A stretch of DNA of 64,000 bases from Octopus bimaculoides (lineage: Eukaryota): the NCBI RefSeq assembly GCF_001194135.2, contig NC_068991.1, forward strand, positions 47,504,833 to 47,568,832. The letters are read 5' to 3'. Below, in pieces: positions 1 to 14,546 of the stretch (position 1 is the stretch's first letter; every line of letters starts with the position of its first letter). Below the pieces are notes generated by a model. That model was not told the DNA's origin. It saw only the letters and a program-made list of their open reading frames with translations, and ran no database searches. The position numbers and the translations under genes were made by a program.

Positions 1-50
<50 letters not shown>

Positions 51-550
51 GTGAGTGAGTGAAGGCGTGTGTTGTCGTGTATGTATTTTTTTGCATGTAT
101 GTGTAAGTGGCACTCTCTCTCTCTATCACACACACATCTTTCATATACACGTACATGCATACATCTTTTTTCAATGTATGTGTGTGCACGAGAGAGAGAG
201 AAAGAGAGAGAGAGAAAGTGAGAGAGAGAGAGAGAGTGCCTCTGATACATACATGCAAAAAAATCCATACATGACTACATATCTTTACTCACTCACTCTC
301 TCACACATACACACGTCCATCTTTCACTTTCTGCTCTCCCTTCAAAGCAAATGTCGCCTTCCAAAGAAGAGTAATGGAATAAAACTTTCAACAGATATTC
401 ATGAACAATCACATGATCCCATATGATCGAGCTTGACAACAATGCCAGGGTTTGCGGAACATTAGGAGGCCAGGGTAGTTGATTCCACGCAAAAAATCCG
501 GATTTTTTTTTTGTGAACTGTGTGGAGGTGCTCTTGTAAAATTTCGAAGA

Positions 551-892
551 AATCAACCCCAGGACTTATACTTTGTAAGCCTGTTACTTATTCTATCAGT
601 TTCTTTTACCGAATCGCTAAAGAGGACGTAAACACACTAGCATCGGTTCTCAAGTGATGGCGGTGGTGATGGTGGTGGGGGGGGGGACAAAGACACACAC
701 ATACACACATAAATAAATATGTATATATATGTACGACTGGCTTCTTTCAGTTTCCGTCTACCAAATCCACTCAAGAGACTTTGGTCGGCCCGAGGCTATA
801 GTAGAAGACACTTGCCCAAAGTGCCATGCAGTGGGACCGAACCAAGAACCATGTAGTTAGGAAGCAAGCTTACCACACAGCCACGCCTGCGC
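551..892 (-). mobile_element. tRNA-head SINE, dominant family (partial)
   Basis: Matches full-length copies at 21686 and 27629; internal microsatellite. Confidence 0.85.
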
Positions 893-1548
893 TTCATAAA
901 TTTTCAAAAATTTTTTTTAATAAAAAAGCTACCCTCCCTCCTATCATTTGCAAGGGTGTGGTGGAAAAAAACTCCTGAAAACTACCCGTCAAAACGGATA
1001 AATTGCAATTTATATGGGTGTGCTATTCCGAAAGTCCGCTAAGGCATTATATATACATGTATGTATGTGCATGTATAGGTGTAGCGTGATGACAGTTATT
1101 CAAATCGTTAACAATGTACTTTGATCTTAAATAAAACGCAACTAAGAAGTGTAGTTTTAAATTGTTTACAATTTAAAACTACGCAATACAACTTTCCGTA
1201 AGAGTGAAATTACAGACCGTATCCCGAAATCCTTTAAACTGTGGTGGCCATCACGCGGGGTGCCTGTATGTGTGTATATAGCAGCGCACAGGGAAGTAGT
1301 AAAAATGACAGTAATGTTTTGAGCAATAAGATAATTACGAAAATTGAATTAAAAAAAACTAACACTGAAATGAAGCATTTTAAAGTAAATGAATAATAGA
1401 TATTAAAAACATAAACAAAAACTTTTTTCGAAAAGTAATTATGTTTGCGTCAGAAGAAAGTAGTAGTAGCTTTTAGAGGCAGGGAACCAAGTCTATGGTA
1501 GCTATTCCCATTGAAATCTCGTTCTATTATTGTCATTGAAAAGGCAAG

Positions 1549-1558
1549 TCTCGCGAGA
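1549..1558. promoter_or_regulatory. TCTCGCGAGA palindromic promoter motif in a CpG-retaining region
   Basis: Exact match to the known housekeeping-promoter palindrome; CpGs are locally frequent at about 1000-1960. Confidence 0.55.
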
Positions 1559-2133
1559 ATTGTCAGTTGCAGCTACCCCCCTACAGGACGCTGGGTTATT
1601 ATCGCCTATATAAGCAAGACGAGCTGCAAACATCTGTGGCTTCCAAGAAGCCAGCACGCCACTTCGCTCATAACGATTGTCTGGTAGAAAATACATGTAC
1701 ACAGATTATAATATATATTAAATCATGGCTGCACCCAATCAAGTCGTAAGTAGTTAATTATGTAATATAACAAGCAAATAGTCAGTGATATATACACACA
1801 TATATATATTTTCTGTGAAGCCATCTACCAGGCTTTTTACTTAATAATTGAGAATTCAATAAGCTACGAAGTAGCAGTTTTTTTTTCTATTTGAAATAAC
1901 GTGTTGTCCTCAAACATGGCTAACCCCTGTCGTGTTCACTTAGTTTTGATCTTCGGAGTGCGTGATTTGTCTGAGTGTGTATGTATATATAAGTATGTGG
2001 CAATTATGGACTTGTATTTGTATCTATATAAGTATGTGGCAATTCTGTACGTGTCTGTATATATTTATATATATATATACCCTTTTCTGTGTTTGTGTGT
2101 GTATATATATATATTATATACCCACTATACAGT

Positions 2134-2218
<85 letters not shown>

Positions 2219-3616
2219 TAAGTATGTGTCTAAACTTAGAAAAAAGTATAGTCTTAATAATTATGATTAAGATGAGAGAGATGGAGATTATGGTTTTTTT
2301 CTTTAAAAAACACCAAAAAAAAAAAAACCTCGAAGAGTGAGAGAATTTCTCCATCTCTCCAGAATTTATTTGGCCCAACCTTTTTCTTCTTCCACCGTTT
2401 AATTTCCATTTCTAATCTTAGATGAGAAAGTACCAGACATTTCATGTTTAATATACTCCAGTAAGCACACTTTTTTTTCTGATTATTTTTTCTTTTGAAG
2501 AATAAAAAGTAAGTAATATATCGAAATATGTTGAGACCAAATTTCCAAAAATATGGGTCGTAGTGTAATAGTAGAATTATTTATCTTTTACGATGTCTTC
2601 ATAGAAATTTAGTATATTTTATTTCTAATTGTAGACGTTAACAGTTATTATTCTTAGAGCACTCTCAATGCTATTACTCTCTCTCTCTTTCTCTCCGTCA
2701 CAATTACTTCTCCCTTTCCCTGACACACTCTCCGTTTCTTTACTTGTGATTATCGCTCTCTCTCTCTCCCCCCACTCTTTGTCCCATTATATCTCTCCCT
2801 CACTCAGATCTATCCTTTCTCTCTCTTCTTACTAGTACATATCCAGCTTTGCTTCCTCTCTCACATATCCTATCTCTCTAATTGTCAGTAAACATGTCGT
2901 TTTCCCCTCTTTTCTCTCTCTCCCTATCTCTCTCACTCGTTGTTAGATCAACCTTCATTCCAGTTGCTAGTCACACATACAATATACACACACGTGTTAA
3001 GGTCTTTAATTATGTGCTAACAAATTCTCCCCCCCCCCTCCAGCCACAAATATTCCTGTTAGGACTCTTGACAACCACCTGTGTAATTAAAAGTTTCAAT
3101 GTTTTATATCAATATTCATACTTGGCGAAAGCTTTTACCTATCGTTTTCAATACCATCACCTTAACTTAGGAAAGTATGAATGTCAAAACATGAATTCTT
3201 TCCTCTATAAAACTGATTTAGTGCCTTTGAAAATCAATGTTAAATTTAAAGGAAGGAAAGCCAAAACAGTGATAATTAAAATATTTGCCATAGTTCTGTG
3301 TATATCCTGTTTTAGAATATTTCTACTTCTGTTCTCGTGGACATGTTGCCAACTTTCTCAGGTGCGATTTGGGTTTTGGACAGATCTCAAGAGGCTTGTT
3401 TTTTCAATTAGCAGTTAAATAATAATAAAGTAGTTATTAAAACATGTCAGTTTAAATTACTCTAATTACAAATGTGTATTTCGTTACAATCGTTATTTTT
3501 TTTTCCACACCACATTAAAGCTATGATATTGTGGAAATCAAATTGGATAATTATCTTTGAGCAGCTTCGTTTGCTTTTAATTATATTTAAGAAAATCTTC
3601 TGAAGTAGTTTCCTTA

Positions 3617-3653
<37 letters not shown>

Positions 3654-5479
3654 CTTTCGGAGGTTTTGCAGTATCGAGACTAAATGTTGTAAGTTGTAAG
3701 CTACTGGCTTTTATTGGCACTGGAAATTGGTCTTCATTAGAAACTTCCGAAAGCTTGGATACTGTTTAGGATTTTGAGATTACAGTTGGCCTATTTTTAT
3801 CAAGGACACCCTCAAAATACTTTTAGCTCGTTCGGTAAACACTTACCATGAAAGGATCAACAGTGTTTACTCTTTTGTAAGCTTAATCTTTCATGCATTC
3901 TTGAGTGCTGTTTCAGAAGAAGCATCTATGATTGATTTTGTATTGAGAGCATCTCAAAGTTTTTTAGTGAGCGTGATATTCTTCTGATTAATTCAAGCAA
4001 AACCTTGATAAGCATGAATTTCTTAGCTGTAGTTTGTAAAAATCGCAGAATGGTGTTGTATGTTACTCTCTGATTTTAATGTGTTTAGTATTAAAAAAGA
4101 AAAGAAAAGGTGTAAAGTTTGTAAACTTTAGATGTGATATTTGCCTTTGATTTCTAAAGAAGTGAGACAACACTATACTTTCATTTTAATATTATTGTTA
4201 ATTGTTTTATATAACAAACAAGCGAGCATCTCCGAGGTCACTCGACCAGCCAGAAATAGCAGCCAAATTTTTCTCAAAGTACACTTTGCATTTTTTTTTT
4301 AAATCGAGGATACATTGGACATTTAATCCTAGATACCCCCGAAAAAATGAAGAGGGTTACAGCTTGAATGACTTCCGTCATAAATTTGCTTGATATGGGC
4401 TAATCAGAGACGAAACAACAGTCATAGAAACAACATAAGTATTAGTTAAGAACTAGTCGATATAATCAACTATACTAGTGGTTCCTAACTTGGGGTTCTG
4501 CAGACACCTGAGGGTTCATGTAGAACTGATTGTGTAAACATCATCATTTAATATCTTGTTTGATAGACCCAATGTGCTAGAGGATTGCAGTGAACTACAA
4601 ATGTCTGTTTTAGCATGGTTTCTATAGGTGGATTCCCTTCCTAATGTCAACCACTTTACAGAGTGTACGGGATGCTTTTTTTCACCCTGACACTAGCATT
4701 AGGCAAACCTTCCAAAAGCCAAGGATCTACTTGTGGGGTAAAATCTATTTGAATAAAAGTAGTGAAAGTACTCAGTTCCCATGAAGTTGACACCCCAGCA
4801 TGATCACAATCTAGTGAGTGGAATAAGTAAAAATAAAGGACTAGAAGACAAAATATCTTTAAATATAAGTAAAACTAGTGGTAAGAACTACCACAGTGTT
4901 GTGTAACCCTTTAACATTTAATCTGGCCAAAATATTTAGCCTGCTTTATGTTCAAACAGGCTAGATCTGGCCTCTAACACCTACCCTACAATGTTATTCT
5001 AAAAATAAATAATCTCATCATTGAAATTTTGAAGCTACAAGATAATGCATTCTTAATTCAAAACAATGTGAATAAATAGGCATTACATTTGATAGAATAA
5101 TCTGAATGCTAAAGGGATAAGGCTGGATATTAAAATATTGTCTGTCACAAGTCCTAATTATGAAACAAATGTTTTTCATTTCATACAAGGGTGCACACAT
5201 AATCTGCCTCATAAAGAAGTTTGCTTCACAACTGAATGGTTTCAGGTTTGATCCCATTGTGTCAACTACACCCATGTGAATGGAATTTGGTACATGGAAA
5301 CTGTGAAAACCAGTTAGGATTGTTTCTTTTTTTAGTAGTAGACTTAATCTATTATTGCCTAGTTTCGAACCTGGCTTTTTTTGCAAGCATTTGCACTAGG
5401 TCTCTGTTCTGAGGATAACTTCCATTTCCTGAATGGTAGGTAGTGTCAATGACCATTTTCAGAGTGTGCAAGACTGTAA

Positions 5480-5740
5480 AGTCATGGGTATTTCCCTTCT
5501 TCCTCCTCTTAACTAAAGAGTTGCTGTAAGATCCAACAGTACCCACTTTTATGCAGCTGACACTACTCTTCATTTTTCCCTAAGATTCTCCAACCATGCA
5601 GCACTTCTATCTTAGATATCACATGCTAAATGCTCACTAACTCCATGAACAAAGATCTCTAAAGCACCTTTCAATCGGAATATACTATTTTTGTTTCTTT
5701 TAACAGCACAAAAACACGAATGCTACTTATATCGTAAAAG
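5480..5740 (+). mobile_element. Degenerate LINE reverse transcriptase fragment
   Basis: Translates FFLLL..ELL*..THFYAADTTLHFS (YADD-like) then FNSTKT; stops and frameshifts. Confidence 0.6.
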
Positions 5741-5950
5741 CATCATTGTACTCTCATACACACATTAACGTTTTAGCATTTAAACTGGCCATATCTGGCC
5801 CAAATATTATACCTGTTCTATGGTTAAGCTGGCCAGATCTGGTATTGCATACCTACCCTACAATGTCATTCTAAAAATATACAATCACATCAGTGAAATC
5901 TTACACGTACAAGACAATGCCTGAGTAATTCAAAATAATATGAATAAATT

Positions 5951-6142
5951 GGCCTTCATGCGGGTGACGCGTAAAAGCACCCACTACACTCTCTGAGTGG
6001 TTGGCGTTAGGAAGGGCATCCAGCTATAGAAACTCTGCCAAATCAGATTGGAGCCTGGTGTTGCCATCCGGTTTCACCAGTCCTCAGTCAAATCGTCCAA
6101 CCCATGCTAGCATGGAAAGCGGATGTTAAACAATGATGATGA
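5951..6142 (+). mobile_element. RTE-tail-type repeat ending in (GAT)n
   Basis: GTTAGGAAGGGCATCCAGC...CCAACCCATGCTAGCATGGAAAG; copies at 7858-8065, 28893-29070 (-), 33822-34000, 38061-38220 (-), 50020-50180. Confidence 0.75.
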
Positions 6143-6437
6143 AAGAGTTAATCATGAGCAGCATTCAACTAATGCCCTGAAAATAGCTCCAATTGTTGGG
6201 TCTCATTATTATCAAGGATTTCTCCCAGTAAAAGTGCACTTTTAACATAGCTAGGACCACATTCCAATGAATTGGCCCATCTCTTCTGCACAAGAAGATA
6301 CTTTAGCCTCCCACCCAACCCCAATCAGTTATTGATACTCACCAAACTTCAAGTGTGGCTCATAGTGGACTCTATTTCTTGCATCTGGGTTGGTGCTGCT
6401 GCAAACACAAATAATCCTAGATTGCATGCAGTAAATA

Positions 6438-6690
6438 GTGGAGGTGCATGGTTTAGTGGTTAGGGTATTGGACTAGTGATCATAAGATGGTTGTTTCAAT
6501 TTCTGGACCAGGTGATGCACTGTGTTCTTGAGCAAAATACCTCATTTCACATTACTCCAATTTACTGAGCTGGCAAAAATGAGTAATCCTGTGATGAACT
6601 GGTATCCCATCTAGGTGAAGAATTTTTACCCCATGAGACCAGGAAACTGGCCCTTATGAGTCGGTATGACTCGAGAAGGTAACTTTACCT
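6438..6690 (+). mobile_element. tRNA-head SINE with CORE/V-like body
   Basis: GTGGAGGTGCATGGTTTAGTGGTTAGGG head, TGTGTTCTTGAGCAA core motif. Confidence 0.65.
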
Positions 6691-6714
6691 TAACTATGCG
6701 GTAAAGAGTCACCT

Positions 6715-6900
6715 CATTGATTGGCATAATGTCATAAGTGCTCTCCAGCTGCTGATTCACAGGCATGCTATTTCCTCTCTCTACTTTACTGCTACTATAA
6801 TGGCCTTTACTCCTCGGAGCTGACTGGGCTCATGCCATTTTCACTTTGGCATTCCTGTCTCACTTGGTTTTTCCTCTCCTCCTCATCACTGTTGTTGTGT
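6715..6900 (+). mobile_element. LINE 3'-region fragment, probably same element as 5480-5740
   Basis: Translates LQLLIHRHAISSL...YYNGLYSSELTGLMP, resembling Jockey/CR1-group C-terminus. Confidence 0.5.
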
Positions 6901-9900
6901 CCAACGCTCCAGGCACCGAACTGATCACTACACTCAGTTCTTCCGTGAAAGGATGGTGACCCTCTGGAATTCTCACCCTGCTCTCATTTTCCCCATGGGT
7001 GTTTGACTTACAAAAGTTCAAGAGGAATAGGAAGCTAAAGGGGCCTGCTAAGGCTATGTTCACTGTCCCTTCTTCAAGCTCAGAAAGTAACAAACTAAAA
7101 AAGGAATGACAAGCTAAACAAGAATTGTAACCAAAACTGTCCTCCTCCTAAAGTCATACTTTGTTAACTTAATGATGAAGAAACACAGTTGATAATTTGG
7201 ACTTGGTGCATTGTATCTCGGAAAGAGACTGGATGGTTATAGCTGGAATGCCTTTAGTCATAAATCTGCACATTTAGAGCTGACTGGGGTTTAAAAACAG
7301 CCACTGATTTTATTAACTACTTGCCAGAACCAACAAGGTAGTGTCTGTGTCAGTTATTGGCAAACTGTGACCTGTGGGATTTTATGCCTAAACAGAAAAT
7401 AACCTTTAATTCTTTTGCAGTGCAGCCCACTTGGTGAGCCATATCTTGTGTGGTTCGTTTCTTGAAAAAAGTTGCTAGTTCCTAGTTTATGTGATTGGTA
7501 GATGTGCTCGAAATAACAAATTCTCCCTCACATTACAACCTACCATCTTAAAAAAGTGAGGTCTTGGTTTTACGTGGCCTATATACACTGCCTGGACAGA
7601 AAATGGAATGGTCAGGTGTGGAATGTCAATCTTGAATCTGGTTGATGATGAGCTAAACAACAGCTTTCTGATCAAAATCGTTGATTTGGTTTTAGACCCA
7701 GGAAGACATAGGAGAAATTAGTGAGAAAGGATCTTTGGATGCTGTGCCTCACTGAGGAAATGACAAAGGACCAGGAGATGTGGTGATTTGCTATACTTGA
7801 TCAGCCACGTCAGGCTAGGTTAAGTCACTGTCTTCCACACATACAGGCTTGTTTTTTCAGGTGCTGGTGCCGCTTAAAAACCACTTGTGCCAGTGGCATG
7901 TAAAAAGCACCCAACATGCTCTGTTAAGTGGTTGCCATTATGAAGGGCATGCAGCTGCAGAAACTGCCACAACGGACAGTTGGGGGTCTGGACAGCTTCT
8001 TGTCAAACTGTCCAACCCATGCCAGTATGGAAAGCGGACGTTAAACGACAATGATGTTGATGAAAATTGGGGTTGTGAGTTAGCTGAATCATTAGGGTAT
8101 TGCAACAAATCCCATGCAGTATTTGTTCTGACCTTTTATATTCCGAGTTCAGATCTTGTGATCAAGCCTCCCTATTATCACTCTGAAGCCAATGAAATAA
8201 AGTACCAGTCAAGTATTGAGATTGTTATAATGGAACTATTTCCTCTCTCAAAGTCTGACCTTGTGCCTAGTTAAGAAATAAAGATTGAATATGATAGAAA
8301 TGTTTTGACAAATTCTGTAAATTCATTTGCCTACCTATAGTTTTCATCTTCATTGTTGTCCAGTAAAACTTGTAATTAGCCTATTATTGTACATTTGCTT
8401 TTCCATTATGGTGTGGTAACAACATCCTGAAGTTAGGCTTCGCCATTTTTTCCTGTGACTTCTACAGTCCTCCTCTTCTGCACATTCCTTCTACTTGTAA
8501 TATTTGATACCCTTTTTGCCCAACTTTCATCTACGTCATGTTTTTACCAACATATTGGTTAAGTATATTTGTGAAGTGTTTGTAAATTGTTATACATCTC
8601 TGATTTAGATCTCTTATATTATAACATAAAGTGAAGGGTTGTTTTTTGAATGGTTATGTTATGGATTTTATACTATAAACCTTATCTTTTAAAGATGTTG
8701 CATTTTTCAATATATGCATTTGCAGGTGTGATTAATAGTTGCAAAAGTTATACTGGTTTTAGTTGGCTTAGATTTGAAGTTCTATAATTGTTAGATCATT
8801 ACTTCTATGCATATACTTAGATATGACTTCTGACTAAATGAAAAAAGAATAGATGAGTTAGTGTTAATATATTTAATGCAAGGAACATTGAAAAACTTAG
8901 AAATAAATATGCAAAATGAAATGTTGACCAACTACAGCTGTCACTTGCAAGTGAATATGACTCTTTAGCCTGCTTTTGCTAATTGTTTTAAGTGACTTTG
9001 TAGTTGCAAGATAACATACACCCTATGTTCTCCTACCCATAATCCAGCAGAACATCCAAGATGTGACGGGGAGGAGGGAAGGGGGTTCTACCAGTCTTCA
9101 GCTGAGTGGATTGGAAAATTATGAAATGAATTATCTTTCTCAAGGACACTTCAGAAAGGAAATAAGGTCAGGATTTTTATGGCCATATGTACTTTCTGTT
9201 GCCAATCTTATTTTGATTTTAAATAAGATATTCTCTATTCCAAAGGACTTCAAAAGCTCAGAACCACCAGAAATGTCGGTATCATGTGTGTTTATGTATG
9301 TCTATGTTAATGTTTACATTCTGTGCTTTGCATGAAAAGCATTGAGCTGCTAACAATGATGGTTGTTGACACTTCCTGACAACAAATTGTCCTTCAAAGA
9401 TGAGTGGAATAAAACTGATATGGGTTAGTGACTGGAAGGGCATCCGGCTGAAAAGCAGTGCTATGCATTCACCTAAAAAGTGCTTTCATGGAAAACTAAT
9501 GTAGACCAAACTAATGTGTATATGTAGTTATTGTTCGTTAAAAATTGTAATTAATGTGACAATTAACATAACTGGTTTGTTGTGTCAGTGAAGGTCATCT
9601 AGTTATAAAAACATTTTTGTATACAATACTCACTTATTGCAATTATGTTTGCAAAGATAATGGGTTGTTAAAAAAATGGTAACGGGATGTGAATGATATC
9701 ACCTCTGAGGTCACATTGTGCATGACCCGAAGCCAAATATTGGCAATTTTTCTTAAACTGCAAAAGACTGGTGATATTAAAACTTTATTTATTTTTTTTT
9801 TTTTTAATTCCTCACTTGTGTTAACCACTGGATGTTTATGTTGATGCTGCTAATGACAATGCACAAATAATTTTGAATTCTGCAATAGTGACCATATAGG

Positions 9901-10388
9901 TGCAATTTCATTTTGTTGAAACAATACAGAAGTGTCAGTTTATGTCATCCGCATAAAAAGAATATAAAAGTTAAAAGAACAGAGTATTGAACCATGTGTA
10001 TTTCTGTGGAAATATAGTCTTTGTTTCAATTCATTTTTAAAATAATGAATATAATGAAATGTGCTGGCATGACTGGGAAAATCTCTTTGCAACCACATGG
10101 TTTCAGGTTCAGTTTTACTGTATGGCACCTTCCACTATAGCCCTGGGTCATCCAATATCTTGTGTGTGTGTTTGTGTCCTGCACTTCCCTGCTTGATAAT
10201 GTGTTGATTTGTTTACATCCCTGTAACTTAGTTCACCAAAAGAGACTGATAGAATTAGTACCAGACTTTAAAAAATAAGTACTGGAATTAATTTACATTT
10301 GACGGATATTTGTCCTCATCTTGTTTGTTGTTAACACAACATTTCGGCAAATGTAAATAATGTACATAATTCCTCATTTCTTAAATAT

Positions 10389-10757
10389 TTGTTGTTGGCA
10401 CTCCGTCACTTACGATGTCGAGGGTTCCAGCTGATCCGATCAACGGAACAGCCTGCTCGTGAAATTAACGTGCAAGTGGCTGAGCACTCCACAGACACGT
10501 GTACCCTTAATGTAGTTCTCGGGATATTCAGAGTGATACAGTGTGACAAATCTGGCCCTTTGAAATACAGGTACAACAAAAACAGGAAGAAAGAGTGAGA
10601 GAAAGTTGTGGTGGAAGAGTACAGCAGGGTTCGCCACCATCCCCTGCCGGAGCCTCGTGGAGCTTTAGGTGTTTTTGCTCAATAAACACTCAACGCCCGA
10701 TTTGGGAATCGAAACCGCGAGTCCGCTGCCCTAACCACTGGGCCATTGCGCCTCCAC
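10389..10757 (-). mobile_element. tRNA-head SINE with 10-bp target site duplication
   Basis: Head GTGGAGGCGCAATGGCCCAGTGGTTAGGG, (CAA)n tail, TCTTAAATAT at 10379-10388 and 10759-10768. Confidence 0.85.
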
Positions 10758-12153
10758 CTCTTAAATATAGAACTGTGGCATTAATTTGTTTGACTGAAAT
10801 CTTCATGGCAGTGCCACAGCATGACTGTTGTCCCATGTCTAAAACAAGTAAAAACGAAAAGGTGATAAACCTGGTGTTTAAAACATAAAAATAATATGAA
10901 ATTTTTGTGGAAAAATTTTAATTTAGATCTCTTATAACCAAGAAATTTGTATCATAGCACTTACAGGGCCATCTCAGACGGGTTGATATCAAAAGGATTC
11001 ATGCTCTATGCATCAGTTAACAATTGGAAAAACAATAATTAACTTTTGTTAACCCTCTTGAGACACCCAGGCCAATTGATTGGCCCAAGTTATACAAGCT
11101 GAAAAGAATTCAAGGCTGATTCATTGGCCTGATGAAACAAAGATGAAAGGTTGGTTCTGAAGTGTAATAGCCAATCAGAGATTGTATTTCAGTACATCTT
11201 TTTTGTCTTTTCACAAACATTTATGTTTATTATTTTATTTATTTACATGTATTGTGTTGTTTTAGGTTTTTTTATTGTGATAGATATATTGTACGGTTTA
11301 TAAACTTTCATAATATCTATATAGTTTTAAATACTAATGAAGTAGCTTTAGGCACTTAATCCTTCATTTTTTACATGCACCCATCAATTTCAATCTCAAA
11401 AGAAAAAAGTTTTGGTCTTTTTGGCAACACATACCAAAACACCTTGTTTCTCAAAAGGATTAATATATTTAATGCTTGAATGCACTCATTTTTGTACAAG
11501 GATAGTTTTATTTAGTTTTTAAGCAGTTTTATATTCCTATATTGACCAATCAGTGCAGTGTGTAATCGCAATTATAATGTACCACTCCACCTTCTATACT
11601 TAGAAGTAAATTTTATCTTTAGCAGACTTTTGGAATACTTGCCCCTTGAACTTCTATATCACATTAGAAATGAAAAGGGTAGTTGCTTTTAATTTTTGTA
11701 TTTTTGTGTGTCTTACAATGGAAATTGTTCTGAAATCTTTATTTTTTCTAAAAATTTCAATTTTCACATACCCCTTCTCCACTTGCATATTTTTTTTTTC
11801 TCTGGAGAATGGGGTTTCAATAGAGAAACCCCATTCAATATAGAGCTATTTCAAAATTTCACCTCATCTTAACTTTTTTTTTTACATTTGAATGTAGTGC
11901 AATGTAATGTATGTATGCTGTACAATACAAACTGAAATATAATGCAAACCTCACTTTTTGTTCCTAAAAATCATCACCATTATTTTGCTGTTGACTTTTT
12001 CATGCTTGCGTATGTCAGATGGAATTTGTTGAAGTTGATATTCTATGGCTGGATGCCCTTCCTGTTGCTAACCTTCATCTTTTTCCGTGTAAGGTAATAT
12101 TTCTCCCTCAGCAGACATGTTTTCATGGAAGGTTTTTTAGTTGAAGAAATTGC

Positions 12154-12293
12154 CCCCCAAGACTTATTCTTTGTAAACTTAGTAGTTAGTCTTTTGGTCT
12201 TTTGCCGAACTGCTCAATTATGAGGATGTAAACACACCAACATCGGTTGTCAAGTGATGGCAGGTGATACAAACACAGGCACTCACATATTTG

Positions 12294-12365
<72 letters not shown>

Positions 12366-12516
12366 CGATGGGCTTCTTTCAGTTTCCATCTAACAAATCC
12401 ACTCACAAGGCTTTAGTTGGCCCAAGGCTATATTAGAAGACACTTGCCCAAGGTGCCACGCAGTGAGGTTGAACCTGGAACCATGTGGCTAGGAAGCAAA
12501 CTTACCACACAGCCAC
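12154..12516 (-). mobile_element. Dominant SINE (partial) with long internal (TA)n
   Basis: Same family. Confidence 0.85.
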
Positions 12517-12774
12517 AGCTGTGTCTAACATACATAAGTTCATTAAAATGCCAGCGCATTTATATTTGTGTTTTTCTTGTTATTGTGTAATGGTTGTAAA
12601 TGAGTTGCCCTGTCATACAGGCTGTACCATTCATTTCCAATATTCTGACCATGGGGGAATATTACCGTGCTTGGAAACATGAGGGTTGGCAACAGGAGGG
12701 GTAGTCAGCTGTAGAAAATTTGCCTGAACACATACAAGCATGGGGAAGTGGACATTAAAATGATGGTGACTTTT

Positions 12775-12806
<32 letters not shown>

Positions 12807-13447
12807 CGTTTTCTTTTCCTCACAGCATTATTTTTTTCTAGTTAAGGACTTGTGGCTGTGTTAGAAATTACTATTTTATTCTGTTAGCTTTTTAACGAAC
12901 CCATGTTAAAATATGTTACCTCTGACTTTGGTAGGAGCATCTAGCTTTAGCGATGTCAATGAGGACGAAGCAGAAAACAAGTAAAGAAATTAAGTTTAAA
13001 CTGATTATAAAATCTTGTAGTTGTCTTTTAATTATCTTTTACTGGCAGTAAGATAACTTAATTGCAAAAAATACTTGTTTAACAAGCATTTCACCCATGT
13101 AAGTGCACTGGAAATGTGAAGTGGTACATGATGTATAAAACAGTAGCTGAGTAGAAAGGCTGTTAGGATATTGACGAGTAAGTGATTAATTTGTCGCTGT
13201 ATTACCTCAAATATCTTAATCCTTTAGTCATCTACATTATTGTACTTCTGTTTTAACCACCCTGTCTGATTGTTTGCAGTGATACTGGGGCATTACATCA
13301 TTGATGGATCTGCATAACTAAGATTCTTGTAAATATATATCCTACTTAGCAAATATAGAAATACTTGAGTTTTACACTTCATAGAACTGCTTACTTTGGA
13401 AGTATGCTTTTACCACCAGTGATAATATAAGAAAATATGGTATACAT

Positions 13448-13838
13448 ACTCTTTACTCTTTTACTTGTTTCAGTCATTTGACTGCGGCCATGCTGGAGCA
13501 CTGCCTTTAGTCAAGCAAATTGACCCCAGGACTTATTCTTTGTAAGCCTAGTACTTATTCTATCTCTCTTTTTGCCGAACCGCTAAGTTACGGGGACGTA
13601 AACACACCAGCATCGGTTGTCAAACGATGGTGGGGAGGGACAAACGCAGACACACAAACACACATACATATATACGACGAGCTTCTTTCAGTTTCCATCT
13701 ACCAAATCCACTCACAAGGCTTTGGTCGGCCTGAGGCTATAATAGAAGACACTTGCCCAAGGTGCCAAGCAGTGGGACTGAACCCGGAACCATGTGGTTG
13801 GTAAGCAAGCTACTTACCACACAGCCACTCCTGTGCCT
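13448..13838 (-). mobile_element. Dominant SINE, full length
   Basis: Same family, head and (AGTAAA) tail present. Confidence 0.9.
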
Positions 13839-14511
13839 GCAATAATTTTAACTCAACTTTTATTAATTTCTTAGTGCTTATGCAAAATGATAAAATGCAA
13901 ACACCAGAAAAATATGTTACTTTAAAATAAACTGAATAAAGCCCCCCCCCCCCCAAATGTACATTATCATTCTTGATATTCTGGCAGATTCAAATATGAA
14001 TATGTTAATTGCTGTTGTATTTTGTCAATGGAGAACAACTTATTTCTCGTTTGTATAACCTCCCGTAACTACCTGTCATTTACTTCCTCTCCTCCATCTC
14101 TATGATTCTTTCTCTCTCATTGTGTTTGTAGCATTCTTTTACTCATTGCATGCCACCAAGCCTGGTATGTGCACTTGTCCTTCACTTCAACACTCTGTAT
14201 CTCTTTTACCCCCCCTCTCTCTCTCTCTCCTTCATTTCTCTTTATGATAAAGCATGAGTGGAGAAATCAATCAATCAATCAAATCAAACCAACCAACCAA
14301 CAAACAAACAAACATATCAGCTATTATTATATAGAGTTAGTAAAATAACTACCATTCATTTTGAATACTGTTTGAATCCAAAATTAATTTGATTCTGTAT
14401 TGACTTTACAATTTCTATTTTCCCATTTTAATAATCTTTGCAGCTAGTTGCAACCAAGTTAGATGTTACTTGTCTATCATCTCATATTTTTTTCATTTGA
14501 TTTGCTGTTTA

Positions 14512-14546
<35 letters not shown>

